Source: Trueperaceae bacterium
Lineage (GTDB): Bacteria; Deinococcota; Deinococci; Deinococcales; Trueperaceae
Assembly (NCBI GenBank): GCA_965213705.1
Contig: OZ243913.1
Location: forward strand, 4,032,001 to 4,096,000
DNA length: 64,000 nucleotides
Direction: 5' to 3'
The position numbers and the translations under genes are program-made. Under the pieces are notes generated by a model. The model was not told the DNA's origin. It did not search any database and worked only from the letters and a program-made list of their open reading frames with translations. Below are positions 53,275-63,367 of the stretch, piece by piece (position 1 is the first letter of the stretch; each line of letters opens with the position of its first letter).

Positions 53275-55008
53275 ATGCACGACGCGGCTGCACAACTTGT
53301 CCTGATTATCGCCTTGGGCATAGGCTCACAGTGGCTCGGCTGGCGGCTCGGGCTGCCGGCTATCTTGCCTTTGCTAGTCGCCGGTTTCCTTGCAGGACCC
53401 GTCGCGGGCGTGCTGAACCCGGACGCGCTGTTGGGCGGTTTGCTGTTTCCGGTGGTGTCGCTCGCGGTGGCGCTGATTTTGCTCGAGGGCGGCCTGTCGC
53501 TCAAATTCAGCGAACTAAAAGAGGTGCGCGGCGCGGTGCGCTTGCTCGTCAGTCTCGGCGCGCTGCTGACCTGGGGGCTGGGCGGCGTCGCGGCTTACTT
53601 CCTCCTCGGCCTCAGCGTGCAACTGTCCGCGCTGCTCGCGGCGGTCTTGGTCGTGTCGGGTCCCACAGTAGTCTTGCCCCTGCTGAAGTTTGTCCAACCC
53701 AGCGAGCGGGTCGCCAGCATTCTCAAGTGGGAAGGCATCATCGTTGACCCAGTCGGTGCTACGCTGGCCGTGCTCGTCTTCGGCGCGGTGGGTTCCGGCA
53801 GCTTTGGCGACGTAACCCTGCTCGGCATCGTCGGCGGTATCTTAATCACGCTGCTGGCGGGCGGGCTCATCGGCTTCCTGGCCGGTCGCGCGGTCGTGCT
53901 GATGTTCAGCCGCAACGTCGTACCCGAATACCTGCACACGGCCGTAGTGATTACATTGGGGCTGTTGGCCTACGTCGCGGCGAACTTCTTTCGGGAAGAA
54001 GCGGGGCTGATGGCGGTCACCGTCATGGGCATCGCGCTGGCAAACCAAAGAAAAGTCAACGTCAAACACGTCGTCGCGTTCAAGGAAGAACTCGGCGTGC
54101 TGTTGCTGTCGTTTTTGTTCATCGTGCTTTCCGGACGCCTCGAGCTGAGCAGTTTTGCCGAGGTCGGCTTTGAAGCCTTGGTATTCGTCGCGGTCTTGCT
54201 GCTGCTGGTCCGCCCCCTCGCGGTGTGGGTATCGACGCTCGGCTCGGGTTTGCTGTGGCGCGAGCGGGTCTTTTTAGCCGCGCTGGCCCCGCGCGGCATC
54301 GTCGCGGCGTCGGTGGCGTCTTTGTTCGCGCTCGAGCTGACCGAGGCGGGCGTGGCGGGCGCGGAAGCGCTGGTGCCTCTCACCTTCATCGTCGTGGTGG
54401 GCTCCGTCGCCGTGGCGGCGTTTACGTCCGCGCCGATAGCGCGGCGCTTGGGCGTGGTGCGTCTTGCACCGCAGGGTACGCTCATCATCGGCGCGCACGG
54501 TTGGGCGCGGCAAATCGCCAACGCCCTTCGAGAAGCAGGGTTCGAAACCGTCCTCGTCGATACCAACAGCGCGAATGTGCGCGCGGCCAAAGCCGCTGGG
54601 TTGACGGCGTTCGAGGGGAACATCTTGTCCGCCACGCTCCGCGACGAGCTGCCACTGAGCGGGCTGGGGCGGGTGCTGGCGCTCACGCCGAACGACGAAC
54701 TCAACGCGCTCGCCGCGCTCACCCTGGCCGACACGGTGGGCGCTGACAACGTGTACGTCATAGGGGGTGCGGGTGAAGATTTGTCGGGCGCGCAGCGAGC
54801 GCAGCTCGAGGCCCGCAGTCTGTTCGGCGCGCGGGACTACGCCGCGGTGAACCGCCTGTTTACCGACGGTGCCGAGGTGCGCCCGCTCGACGCCGACGGT
54901 GAGACCTCGTTACCCCTTTTTGCCGTCGGGGAACGCTTGAAAATCATCACGGCGGACAGCACACCCGTTGTAAGCGGGGAGCGCATCATCGGTGTGGTGG
55001 CTGTCTGA
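53275..55008 (+). CDS. CPA1 cation:proton antiporter with C-terminal TrkA-N-like domain
   Basis: ILLEGGL, SGPTVV.PLL, WEGIIVDP, APRGIVAA; IIGA..D.N. Confidence 0.9.
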   Translation: MHDAAAQLVLIIALGIGSQWLGWRLGLPAILPLLVAGFLAGPVAGVLNPDALLGGLLFPVVSLAVALILLEGGLSLKFSELKEVRGAVRLLVSLGALLTWGLGGVAAYFLLGLSVQLSALLAAVLVVSGPTVVLPLLKFVQPSERVASILKWEGIIVDPVGATLAVLVFGAVGSGSFGDVTLLGIVGGILITLLAGGLIGFLAGRAVVLMFSRNVVPEYLHTAVVITLGLLAYVAANFFREEAGLMAVTVMGIALANQRKVNVKHVVAFKEELGVLLLSFLFIVLSGRLELSSFAEVGFEALVFVAVLLLLVRPLAVWVSTLGSGLLWRERVFLAALAPRGIVAASVASLFALELTEAGVAGAEALVPLTFIVVVGSVAVAAFTSAPIARRLGVVRLAPQGTLIIGAHGWARQIANALREAGFETVLVDTNSANVRAAKAAGLTAFEGNILSATLRDELPLSGLGRVLALTPNDELNALAALTLADTVGADNVYVIGGAGEDLSGAQRAQLEARSLFGARDYAAVNRLFTDGAEVRPLDADGETSLPLFAVGERLKIITADSTPVVSGERIIGVVAV

Positions 55009-55104
55009 ACCCTTCTCTCAACCGGATCGAACCGAGTCTTCGCCGACCAATAAACCCAAGCCCAGCTTTTCATCCCCCAATCAAGCTTACAAGGAGGTAA
55101 GTAG

Positions 55105-56316
55105 ATGAGCGTAACCCTCTGGCTCCTGCTAATCGTGCCTGTCGTTGCCCTGGTGGCATTGGGCTGGTACTTGTCAAACCTTTTCCTGGTGCCTGAACCC
55201 TACAGCTTGATGCCCGAGTTCACCATTTTGGAAGTCGGTGAGGGTTCGGTGACACTCCCTTTGCCCGCGCAGCGGCAGTTCGCCGACACGCGCTTGCAAG
55301 GTGTTTACAACCTGCTTTATGAGGGGGGCTACGGGCGTTTGGGGGAGGTTTTCAGGGAGACTTCGCAGAGCCTGACGCGCGTTTTTACTCTCTCCCACGG
55401 CGAGCCACCCAAAAGCGGCGCGCCCGCCCGCCTCGACTACGTCATTTACCGCAGCGACCCGCTCGAGGCGCACGGCCTCCCCTTTGAAGACCTGACGCTG
55501 CAAGGCCAAGTAGGCAAGCTTAAAGCCTGGTGGCTGCCGAACGAGGGGAACACCGCTGTGCTGATGCTTCACGGCAAACGCCGCGCCGACAGAACCGAAA
55601 CGCTGCGCATCATGCCGACGCTTGTCAACCTAGGCTACCCGGTGCTGGCACTTGCTTACCGCAACCACGACACGAGCGACCCCAGCCCCGACGGGTTGTT
55701 TCACTTCGGGGCCAGCGAGTGGCAGGACGCCATGACGGCGCTAGACTTTTTGCGCGCGCAAGGGATTCGCCGCGTCGTGATTTACGGCTTTTCGATGGGC
55801 GGGGCGGTGACGCTCGAAACCGCCGAAAGGCTTAGGGGAGAGAGCGCGTCTGCCGCACAGACCGAACTCGTCGCCGTCATCCTCGACGCGCCGCTCCTCG
55901 ACCCCAAAACGGTGTTCCGGCACAATGCGAGCGCGTTGGGGTTGCCGAACGCGCTTATCAATCCGCTCACCGACCTCGCCATGTGGGTAGCGACAAAACG
56001 CAGCGGTGTGGATTGGAAAACGCTGAACCAGCAAGACACCATCCACCAGGTCACGGTGCCCGTTTTGCTCATCCACGGCAGCCAGGACAGTACAGTCCCG
56101 GTAGCTCTCAGCGACGCGCTGGTCGAGCGGACCGGGGGGTCGCTGACCTATCACCGCGTGGAGGGGGCGGAGCATATCGAGGCGTGGAACCAAGACCCAG
56201 AGGCGTATGAGGGTTGGGTGCAGGAATTTCTGGCGTGCTACGCGCCGCTGGTTACGGTTCCAGCCCAGCGGCCTGCGCCTCTGCTGGCAGACGCCGCGCT
56301 ACCCGCCCGACGGTGA
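55105..56316 (+). CDS. Membrane-anchored alpha/beta hydrolase
   Basis: LHG, GFSMGG, IHGSQDSTVP, GAEH. Confidence 0.85.
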   Translation: MSVTLWLLLIVPVVALVALGWYLSNLFLVPEPYSLMPEFTILEVGEGSVTLPLPAQRQFADTRLQGVYNLLYEGGYGRLGEVFRETSQSLTRVFTLSHGEPPKSGAPARLDYVIYRSDPLEAHGLPFEDLTLQGQVGKLKAWWLPNEGNTAVLMLHGKRRADRTETLRIMPTLVNLGYPVLALAYRNHDTSDPSPDGLFHFGASEWQDAMTALDFLRAQGIRRVVIYGFSMGGAVTLETAERLRGESASAAQTELVAVILDAPLLDPKTVFRHNASALGLPNALINPLTDLAMWVATKRSGVDWKTLNQQDTIHQVTVPVLLIHGSQDSTVPVALSDALVERTGGSLTYHRVEGAEHIEAWNQDPEAYEGWVQEFLACYAPLVTVPAQRPAPLLADAALPARR

Positions 56317-57499
56317 GTCCTTGAACCAGAATGGCGAATACGACCACGCCGTACGTCATTGCCAAAATGAGGTTGCGTTCAGGACCCTCGGGCACAGACA
56401 GCGCCAGCGCCACGGAAATGCCACCCCGGAGCCCGCCCCAAACCATCATACGCACCGTGTAGCGGGGAAACATGCGCCTTATGATGGGTAGGTTTACGCT
56501 CAAAAAGCGCGCTGCAAGGACGAGGGGAATGGCGAGGAAGGCGGCCCAGAGCCGCGGCCCGGTGAAGGGGATAAGCAACATCTCCAAGCCGATGAGGACG
56601 AACAGCACCGCGTTGAGAATCTCGTCGGTCATCTCCCAGAAGGTGTCTAAGTGCTCCCGCGTGGACTCGCTCATGGCGAGAAGCCGCCCCTGGTTACCTA
56701 TCAAAAGCCCCGCCACCACCATCGCGATGGGACCCGAGGTGTGTAGAAGCAGGGCCAAGGCGTAACCCCCCGCGACGACCGCCAAAGTCACGAGCACCTC
56801 GACTGTGTAGTTGTCGACTCGTCGCAGCATGAGGTAAGCCAGCAGCCCCAGCGCAAGCCCGAACAGAATGCCCCCCAGGGCTTCTTGCGCAAAGAGCAGC
56901 GCAACGTCGCCCACGCCTGTTCCCCCGTGCCCCGAGGCGGTCGCGATGTTCAAGATGACGCTGAACACCACCACCCCGACCCCGTCGTTGAACAGCGATT
57001 CCCCCACGATAAGGGTTTCGATGTCCTTGCGGACACCCAAGCTACGAAGAATGCCCAAGACGGCGATGGGGTCGGTAGGTGAGATGAGCGACCCGAACAA
57101 GAGCGCGTAGATAAAGGGAAGCTCGAGGCCCAGCAGCTTGAGGCCGAAATAAATCAGGGTGCCGACAAAAAAGGTCGAGAGCACAATTCCTACGGTTGCT
57201 AAAATCAGAATCGGCCACTTCTGCTGATTAAGGTCTTCCAGATTGACATGTAAAGCGCCTGCAAAAAGCAGGAAACTCAACAGGCCCTGTAAGACCAACT
57301 CACCAAAGTCCAGGTTGTACAGCAAGCCACCGGCCCAGGCAACCGTGTCGGCGCGGCCGAAGAGAATCAGCCCGAGCGAGAGCAACAAAGATACCAGCAT
57401 CACGCCGATGACCGTGGGCAGCTTGATGACGCGCTCGTTGAAATAAGCAAACACGGCGGTCAAGGAAAGGACGAGGGCAATGGCCTGAAAGACGGTCAC
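56252..57499 (-). CDS. NhaP-type Na+/H+ antiporter
   Basis: ISPTDPIAV, GESLFNDG, WGGLRGGIS.ALAL. Confidence 0.92.
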   Translation of the reverse strand: MTVFQAIALVLSLTAVFAYFNERVIKLPTVIGVMLVSLLLSLGLILFGRADTVAWAGGLLYNLDFGELVLQGLLSFLLFAGALHVNLEDLNQQKWPILILATVGIVLSTFFVGTLIYFGLKLLGLELPFIYALLFGSLISPTDPIAVLGILRSLGVRKDIETLIVGESLFNDGVGVVVFSVILNIATASGHGGTGVGDVALLFAQEALGGILFGLALGLLAYLMLRRVDNYTVEVLVTLAVVAGGYALALLLHTSGPIAMVVAGLLIGNQGRLLAMSESTREHLDTFWEMTDEILNAVLFVLIGLEMLLIPFTGPRLWAAFLAIPLVLAARFLSVNLPIIRRMFPRYTVRMMVWGGLRGGISVALALSVPEGPERNLILAMTYGVVVFAILVQGLTVGRVARRLPAEAQAAGLEP

Positions 57500-57600
57500 A
57501 GACCAGTGTACCTAAACGTGGCTAGAAACGCCCGCTCTAGGTTCAAGCTTAATCCGCAAACCTGCTGGCCCGCGCCAAGGTACTGCACAGTCGTCCCGAA

Positions 57601-58560
57601 TCAGCTCGCGGCTTCGGCAACTTGGCGCGCCTCTGCTTGGGCCTTCCAGCGGGCTTGTGGGTTGGTCTCCACCGGCGGCCAGCCTTCACGCTGTTCGGCA
57701 CGGTCGCCGTCGATAGCTTCCGTTTGGTCATGAAACAGGTGGACTTCCGTCGGGTAAGGCATGTCGATACCTGCGTCGTTCAGGGCGTACTTGACGGCCG
57801 TCAGCACCTTGTCCCGCACAGTAACGACGCTGGCCTGGTCCGGCTCCGTCCACCAGCGCGCTCGCAAGTTGACGCTCGAGCCCGCCAAGTCCACCAACAC
57901 CACATCGGGTTCGGGCTCTCTCACGACCGCCTCCACCCCTTTGACCGCCTCTAAGATAACTTCTCGCGCTGTTTCAATATCGTCGCCGTAGCCGATGCCG
58001 ACGTCGTATTCGGAGCGGCGGTACTCCCTGGCCGTGTTGACCACCACATCGTCGGTAAACAGGTTGCTGTTGGGTATGACGACGCGGCGACCGTCGTAGG
58101 TTTTCAAGGTGGTCGACCTGGTTTCTATGGACATGACCGTCCCGATATAACCGTTCGACGTTTCAATCTGGTCGCCTACCCTGAAGGGTTCACTCCACAG
58201 CAGCAGCAGGCCCGCGAAGTAGTTTTGTAAAACATCTTGGAAAGCAAAGCCGATGGCGACGCCACCGATACCCAAAGAACCCAACACGCCCCCGAGGTTG
58301 ACCGATGGAAAAATGATGGTCATAGCGATGAGCAAGCCGACGACGACCACGGCCACTTGTGAAATTCGTCCAATCGCCTCGGACAAGCCCTCACGCTTGA
58401 TGGACCTTTTGACAAAGGCTTTCAGCACCCTGGCTAAAAAATAAAAAAGGACGAAAACGACGATGCCCAGGATGAGTTCGGGTAAAGCCCCCATAAAGCC
58501 TGCGAACATGGCCTGAAGGGAACCCGAAAAGGTCGTTGTACTTGTGCTTGCGTCGTTCAC
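57601..58560 (-). CDS. Small-conductance mechanosensitive channel (MscS family)
   Basis: IGFAFQD..N..AG, PFRVGD, IPNS, GIDMPYP. Confidence 0.92.
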   Translation of the reverse strand: MNDASTSTTTFSGSLQAMFAGFMGALPELILGIVVFVLFYFLARVLKAFVKRSIKREGLSEAIGRISQVAVVVVGLLIAMTIIFPSVNLGGVLGSLGIGGVAIGFAFQDVLQNYFAGLLLLWSEPFRVGDQIETSNGYIGTVMSIETRSTTLKTYDGRRVVIPNSNLFTDDVVVNTAREYRRSEYDVGIGYGDDIETAREVILEAVKGVEAVVREPEPDVVLVDLAGSSVNLRARWWTEPDQASVVTVRDKVLTAVKYALNDAGIDMPYPTEVHLFHDQTEAIDGDRAEQREGWPPVETNPQARWKAQAEARQVAEAAS

Positions 58561-58620
58561 GGTGACGCCTCCTCACGTTTGATGTTGATGTGTCAGTTTG
58601 ACCAGGTGGCACTGTACAGC

Positions 58621-59393
58621 TTAATCACCCGGAGTTTTAGGCAAATTGCTGCTTGCTTGGTCGGGAGGTTTACGCAGTTTTACGGGCTCGGTTCTTTTCG
58701 TTCGCAACTGCAGGTTGAGCACCTCCACCAGAACCGAGAAGGCCATTGCAAAGTAGATGTAGCCTTTGGGTATTTCCTGCCCGAAACCCTCGGCAACCAG
58801 CGTCACGCCGACGAGAATTAAAAAACTCAGGGCAAGCATTTTGACGGTTGGATGTTTTTCGACAAACCTGCTGATGGGCTCCATCGCCACGAGCATGATG
58901 ACGACGGCAATGACGATGGCTGTGACCATCACGCCGATGTCGTCTGCCATGCCCACCGCCGTAATCACCGAGTCGAGCGAGAAAACGATGTCTAGTAAGG
59001 CAATTTGTATATGACTGCCAAAAACGAAGGCGCAGCCTTACCGCTCACCTTTGCTTCTTCACCTTCAAGGCTGTGGTGAATCTCCTGGGTCGCCTTCCAC
59101 AACAGAAAGAGTCCGCCACCCAGCAGAATGAGGTCGCGGCCGGAGAAGTCAAAACCGAACACCTCGAACAGGGGCGCTGTCAAGCCGGTCAGCCACGCTA
59201 TCGAGAAGAGCAGCACAATCCGGGTCAGCATCGCCATAAAAAGACCGAGGCGGCGCGCGCGCGCCTGCTGCGAGGCAGGCAGCTTGCTGGAAACAACGGA
59301 GATAAAAACGATGTTGTCTATACCCAGCACGATTTCCAGCGCCGTTAGGGTTAGAAGAGCTACCCAAGCTTCGGGACTTGCCAACCATTCCAT
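58621..59393 (-). pseudogene. TerC-family membrane protein, frameshifted near 59010
   Basis: 5' ORF (LEIVLGIDN) and 3' ORF (HPTVKMLALSFL, PKGYIYFAM) join if 1 nt is restored at GTC AT- ATA CAA, giving [24 protein letters not shown]. Confidence 0.88.
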
Positions 59394-59488
59394 TCCTTAG
59401 CCTCCTGCACTAACCTGGCACGCAAAAACAATTTTCCAAAGTGTCGTTACCAAAGTCGGGTTAGTGTTCGTTCGAAGTTTGCTTTTTC

Positions 59489-59812
59489 TTACCCGTTCAT
59501 GGCTTGCATGGCGGGTATGGCTAAGGCCACCTCGAAAGCCTCGAGCACTGGGTATAGGTCGTCTCCGCCTGTGATGGCCGAGCCCATAAACAAGCGTTTG
59601 TAGTCTTCCGAGTTTGTCCAGACCTCGAAGTCGTGTCGGCTGTCCCAAAAGGAAACGGCGACGTAAGGTTTGTCCGGCAGGGTGGGGCGCAACAGCACGA
59701 ACGACTTGAAGCCCTGCTGCTCATTCAGGGAAGACGTGCTCGCAGCGATGCTGGCTTCGGCGGCCTGCGCCGAGTCCACCTTTATGGGGATGCGTAAGTT
59801 TAGGGCGTACAT
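59489..59812 (-). CDS. Antibiotic biosynthesis monooxygenase (ABM) domain protein
   Basis: QQGFKSFVLLRP, WDSRHDFEVW. Confidence 0.8.
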   Translation of the reverse strand: MYALNLRIPIKVDSAQAAEASIAASTSSLNEQQGFKSFVLLRPTLPDKPYVAVSFWDSRHDFEVWTNSEDYKRLFMGSAITGGDDLYPVLEAFEVALAIPAMQAMNG

Positions 59813-59876
59813 GTGTCTCCTTTCAAAGCAGCAGGCTGCCCCGGCAGCCTGCTGACACTTCACACGGATTGGGTGT

Positions 59877-60380
59877 TTAAGCGGGTTGGGCTTCTCGTTG
59901 CTCGAGCATAGTTTTCAGCTTCTCCTCGGCGTCTTTGGACAGAGAGGTTTGGTAGACCTTACCTTTCAAGTCCCTGAACTCCTCCGCGACTTTGTCGGTG
60001 ACGGTTTTGGTCACAACCACGAAGATGGCGGAACTGCCGGGGTCGAGCGCCTGGGTAACATCCTTGACAAACTTGTCCTCGATGCCCAAGTCGGTGAGGC
60101 GGCCGGAAATTGCGCCGCTGGCAGCGCCTACCGCCGCGCCCAAAACGGGCGCGAAAAACAGCATCCCGACGAGTCCGCCCCATAGGGCACCGCCCGCCGC
60201 GCCCCGACCGGGCGTAACGTCGCGCGTCTGGCGCAGCTTGACCTTCCCGTCTTCGTTTTTGACGGCGACTACGGCGTCCTCGAACTCAATTAGGTACTCT
60301 TTTTCGAGTCGGTTGAGCTTGTTGAGCACCTCGTCGGCGCGCTCCGTATTGTCAAAGGTTATTGCGTAGAAGTCTCTCAT
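59877..60380 (-). CDS. DUF1269-family protein
   Basis: EDAVVAVK..DGKV, GAAGGALWGGLVG, D.GIEDKF, PGSSAIF. Confidence 0.88.
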   Translation of the reverse strand: MRDFYAITFDNTERADEVLNKLNRLEKEYLIEFEDAVVAVKNEDGKVKLRQTRDVTPGRGAAGGALWGGLVGMLFFAPVLGAAVGAASGAISGRLTDLGIEDKFVKDVTQALDPGSSAIFVVVTKTVTDKVAEEFRDLKGKVYQTSLSKDAEEKLKTMLEQREAQPA

Positions 60381-60424
60381 TGTGAACTTCCTTTCTGGAT
60401 GTGGCCTCAGCCACTCACACAAGA

Positions 60425-60482
60425 ATTATGGAGCCTGATGTTTAAGAACTTGCGAAGACTCTGTCAAGATTTGGTTAAGAGC
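60425..60482 (-). promoter_or_regulatory. Promoter with four 11-bp-period boxes
   Basis: Plus-strand TAAGAAC 60443, GAAGACT 60454, CAAGATT 60465, TAAGAGC 60476; -10 CATAAT at 60425-60430. Confidence 0.7.
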
Positions 60483-60651
60483 AACCACCTGAAATTCGAA
60501 GGTGGGTACAGTCTCGAGGTAAGAAGCTGAGAAAATGCGTTGGGAACAAAAACGTGCCGTTGCAAAGGCTCGAGGCCATCTTTCGTCCTCGCCATTGCAG
60601 CGCAAGCCTTCGAGCTTGGAGTCTGTCCACATGGAGTTTATAAACACAGCC

Positions 60652-60735
60652 TCACCGGTCGTTGGCTAGTGTAGAATTTAGGACCAGGCTGTCGATTCTC
60701 GAAAAAGGTTTTGAATTCCCCGTCACCAGCTCGAG
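60652..60735 (-). pseudogene. C-terminal remnant of a VapC paralogue
   Basis: Translates as LELVTGNSKPFSRIDSLVLNSTLANDR* versus LELVTGNLKHFSRIGDLTINSILADNR* in the vapC at 51755; 20-bp exact DNA match. Confidence 0.8.
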
Positions 60736-60875
60736 CCTTTAACCTCAGCTCGAAAGTTGCTCAGCACGCTACGTCACCGTCTCCACAACCTTGTACCGTT
60801 TCCGGTTAACTCTCAAAAACATCAACCGGAAAAGGTACTCTGTACTCTGTAGCAATTTGAGCGCCCTACAAGTCA

Positions 60876-61679
60876 TTACGCTGCAAAACGCCCGCGCCGA
60901 AAAAGCCGCTGCACGATAAAGGCCAGTACCAACCCGGCGGCCACAAGCGCCGCCACAACCACGACCAACTCCGCGCCCCACTGCTTCGCCGCGATGCCGA
61001 CAAACGCCCAGGCCAGAACTCCGCCAAAGGCCAGGTCGCCCCGGTTCTTGAGCATCAGAAAGCCGATACCCAAGGCGGCGATGATGGCGACGGCGGCCCA
61101 GAAAGGCGCGAGCCAGCCGCCCGTAACCCCAAGGTCGAGGAGCGTAATCGACGTGTTCGCGACCGTCGCCACCGTTATCCAGCCCAGGTAAACGCTGAAG
61201 GGTAGCCGCGTCGTCAGCCTCTCCACCACCGACACCCTGGTTTTAGATACTGCAGTCTTGCCAATGCCCAAACGCCTGTAGCACACGATCAGCGAGGCGA
61301 GCAGCCCGAGCATGAAGACTTGGCTCAGCCAAATCACGCCGTAATGCCAGGCGAGCAGCCAGGCGAAGTTGAAAGCGCAACTCACCACGAACGCGTAACC
61401 CAGCCGTTCCAACCGGGGATTGTCTTTTTGTGAGGGTAGGGCCTGGTAAACGATGAAGACGGCGAGCAACGCGTAAATGAGTCCCCAGATGCTAAACACG
61501 TAACCCGCGGGGGTAAAGAGGCTTGGGAAAGAATCGGACACCTCGCCCGTAGTCACGCCGTTGATGGGCAAGAGGTTGGCTAGAGCGTTGATGGTGAGTA
61601 CAGAGCCCAAGGCGAAGATGTTGGCAAGCTGGCGCTTGACGGCGCTGCTCAAAGAGGTTGAAGCGGTTTGCGTGGTCAT
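60876..61679 (-). CDS. Tryptophan-rich sensory (TspO-like) membrane protein
   Basis: TPAGYVFSIWGLIY, N.AWL..WH, PFSVYLGWITVA. Confidence 0.85.
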   Translation of the reverse strand: MTTQTASTSLSSAVKRQLANIFALGSVLTINALANLLPINGVTTGEVSDSFPSLFTPAGYVFSIWGLIYALLAVFIVYQALPSQKDNPRLERLGYAFVVSCAFNFAWLLAWHYGVIWLSQVFMLGLLASLIVCYRRLGIGKTAVSKTRVSVVERLTTRLPFSVYLGWITVATVANTSITLLDLGVTGGWLAPFWAAVAIIAALGIGFLMLKNRGDLAFGGVLAWAFVGIAAKQWGAELVVVVAALVAAGLVLAFIVQRLFRRGRFAA

Positions 61680-62749
61680 GCTGGCTCCTTAAGGGTTAGG
61701 GGGCTCGTGAGGTGGTGGGTTTGGCTCGAGCCTTTTTCAACACTTTGCCAGAACCCGTCCAACACCTGCACGGTGCGCTCCGGCATCTCGAACTGTGGCA
61801 GCCCACGCGAGGGCTCGAGCCTGAACGCCCTTACCTTGGGGTTGGCGGCGAGCAGCGCAGGCAGCTTCTCGAAACTCACAAAGGCGTCCTCGTCGAACAG
61901 GATGAACGCCGGTACGCTCAAACGTTCGTACACCTTTTGTCTGACCCGCGGTGTAAACAACTTACCGCTGATAAAGTAAAGCGGCGCGTGCTCCGCCCCC
62001 GGCTGGTGCGAACTGAGGTAGCTGTAGCTTTCTAACTCTTCCGGCACTTCACCCACGAAGCTGTCTTTGAGAAAGTAGTGGATGCTGGCGGGCGTAGCGA
62101 TGAGGTCGTAAAACGCCCTTGCCCACAAAGGGTTGGAGGCAAGCTTGTAAAATCCATCGTTGCCACCTTGCTTTCCCGCCTTGTCCGAGGCGCGCGCCTC
62201 GCGCTTGGTGTTGAGGCCCGTGGGAGAAATCAGTGTTAAAGACCTGAAACGTTCCGGGGCTTCCAAAGCGGCGCGAGCAGCGAACTCGCTGCCTAACGAC
62301 AGGGCGACGACATCGGCAGGCTCGGGAACTTGAGTTCGAAGAAACTTGAGCACGGCCTCAGTAAACAGCGCGGGCGTGTATTCTCTGTCGGGGCGGCTCG
62401 AGAAGCCGAAACCGGGTAGGTCGAGGGCGTAGACGGGGCGTTTGCCGCGGTAATGCTCGAACAGCTTTTTCATCTCGAAAGAACTGGCGGCGGCGTTGAC
62501 GCTGTGAATGAGGACGAGGGGTGTACCGCTCGCGTGAAGGTCGCTGTAGTAGCTCAGTCTGCCTGCGACCTGTGTCTGGAAGTCGGTTCGCTCGGCGTCG
62601 ATGGCGAGGGGTAACCTGACACTGTGGTCGATGCCGAGCTTGCTGTACAGCCACCAGCCGCCCGCCGCGGCGAGGGCCGAACCCGCTAAGATGCCTGCGC
62701 TTGTGAGAGTGGTTTTCGTGACGTCGGATAAGGTGTCGTTCATCATCAT
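61676..62749 (-). CDS. Alpha/beta-fold hydrolase-like protein
   Basis: PLVLIHS.NAAAS, ALDLPGFG.S, ALSLG. Confidence 0.85.
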   Translation of the reverse strand: MMMNDTLSDVTKTTLTSAGILAGSALAAAGGWWLYSKLGIDHSVRLPLAIDAERTDFQTQVAGRLSYYSDLHASGTPLVLIHSVNAAASSFEMKKLFEHYRGKRPVYALDLPGFGFSSRPDREYTPALFTEAVLKFLRTQVPEPADVVALSLGSEFAARAALEAPERFRSLTLISPTGLNTKREARASDKAGKQGGNDGFYKLASNPLWARAFYDLIATPASIHYFLKDSFVGEVPEELESYSYLSSHQPGAEHAPLYFISGKLFTPRVRQKVYERLSVPAFILFDEDAFVSFEKLPALLAANPKVRAFRLEPSRGLPQFEMPERTVQVLDGFWQSVEKGSSQTHHLTSPLTLKEPA

Positions 62750-62760
62750 CTCCTAGAACA

Positions 62761-62796
62761 ATTATGAAACCTAATTGTTAAGATTTTGCAAAGACT
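62761..62796 (-). promoter_or_regulatory. Promoter with two 11-bp-period boxes
   Basis: Plus-strand TAAGATT 62779, AAAGACT 62790; -10 CATAAT at 62761-62766. Confidence 0.65.
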
Positions 62797-62916
62797 CCTT
62801 GGCTACTGCAACTCTAAGCGGTGTGACTGACCTTAATCGGCTGTTGATGCCCAGCCGACTCAGAGGGAAACTCAAACGTACGTTCACGGAGAATCACAAA
62901 GTTTTCTGCACCTTGG

Positions 62917-63366
62917 TCATTTCGAGTTGTTCAGGGTATCGAGCAGCGCCTCGGGCTCGGCCACGCTCATGAGTAGGCTGTAACCCTCGAGCGTCGGCAG
63001 GTAAACAACTTGCTCAGGCTCGGTCACGAACAGCAAACCACGTTCACCGTTCTCGAGGCGGAACCAGCCCAGTTTGTAGCCGGGCAACCCTACCCCGTTG
63101 GAGCGGGCGCGCGGCGCGTAGGGTGTTCCCTTCAAACTCACGACCACGGCCTTGTCCACGTCCAACTTGTCGAAGGTCAGGGTCCGCCCGTAGGGCCAGC
63201 CGCTGACGCTCAAGGCTTCGGAACCTACGCTGACGGTCGTTTGCTTTGACAAGAAGCCGAGGTAAACGAAAAGCAGCACGAGGACCAGCATGAGTATCGC
63301 GAACAGCGTGAGGAACACCAGAGGCGTATTCGAGGCGGGGACGATGCGAAAAACTTGGTCTTCCAT
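62917..63366 (-). CDS. Bacterial PH-domain membrane protein
   Basis: One TM, then RSNGVGLPGYKLGWFRL.NGE...LLMS. Confidence 0.78.
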   Translation of the reverse strand: MEDQVFRIVPASNTPLVFLTLFAILMLVLVLLFVYLGFLSKQTTVSVGSEALSVSGWPYGRTLTFDKLDVDKAVVVSLKGTPYAPRARSNGVGLPGYKLGWFRLENGERGLLFVTEPEQVVYLPTLEGYSLLMSVAEPEALLDTLNNSK

Positions 63367-63367
63367 G

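Noticed and set aside
56252..56316. 65-bp convergent overlap as antisense regulation
   Set aside because: Short 3' overlaps are common in GC-rich genomes and there is no other support
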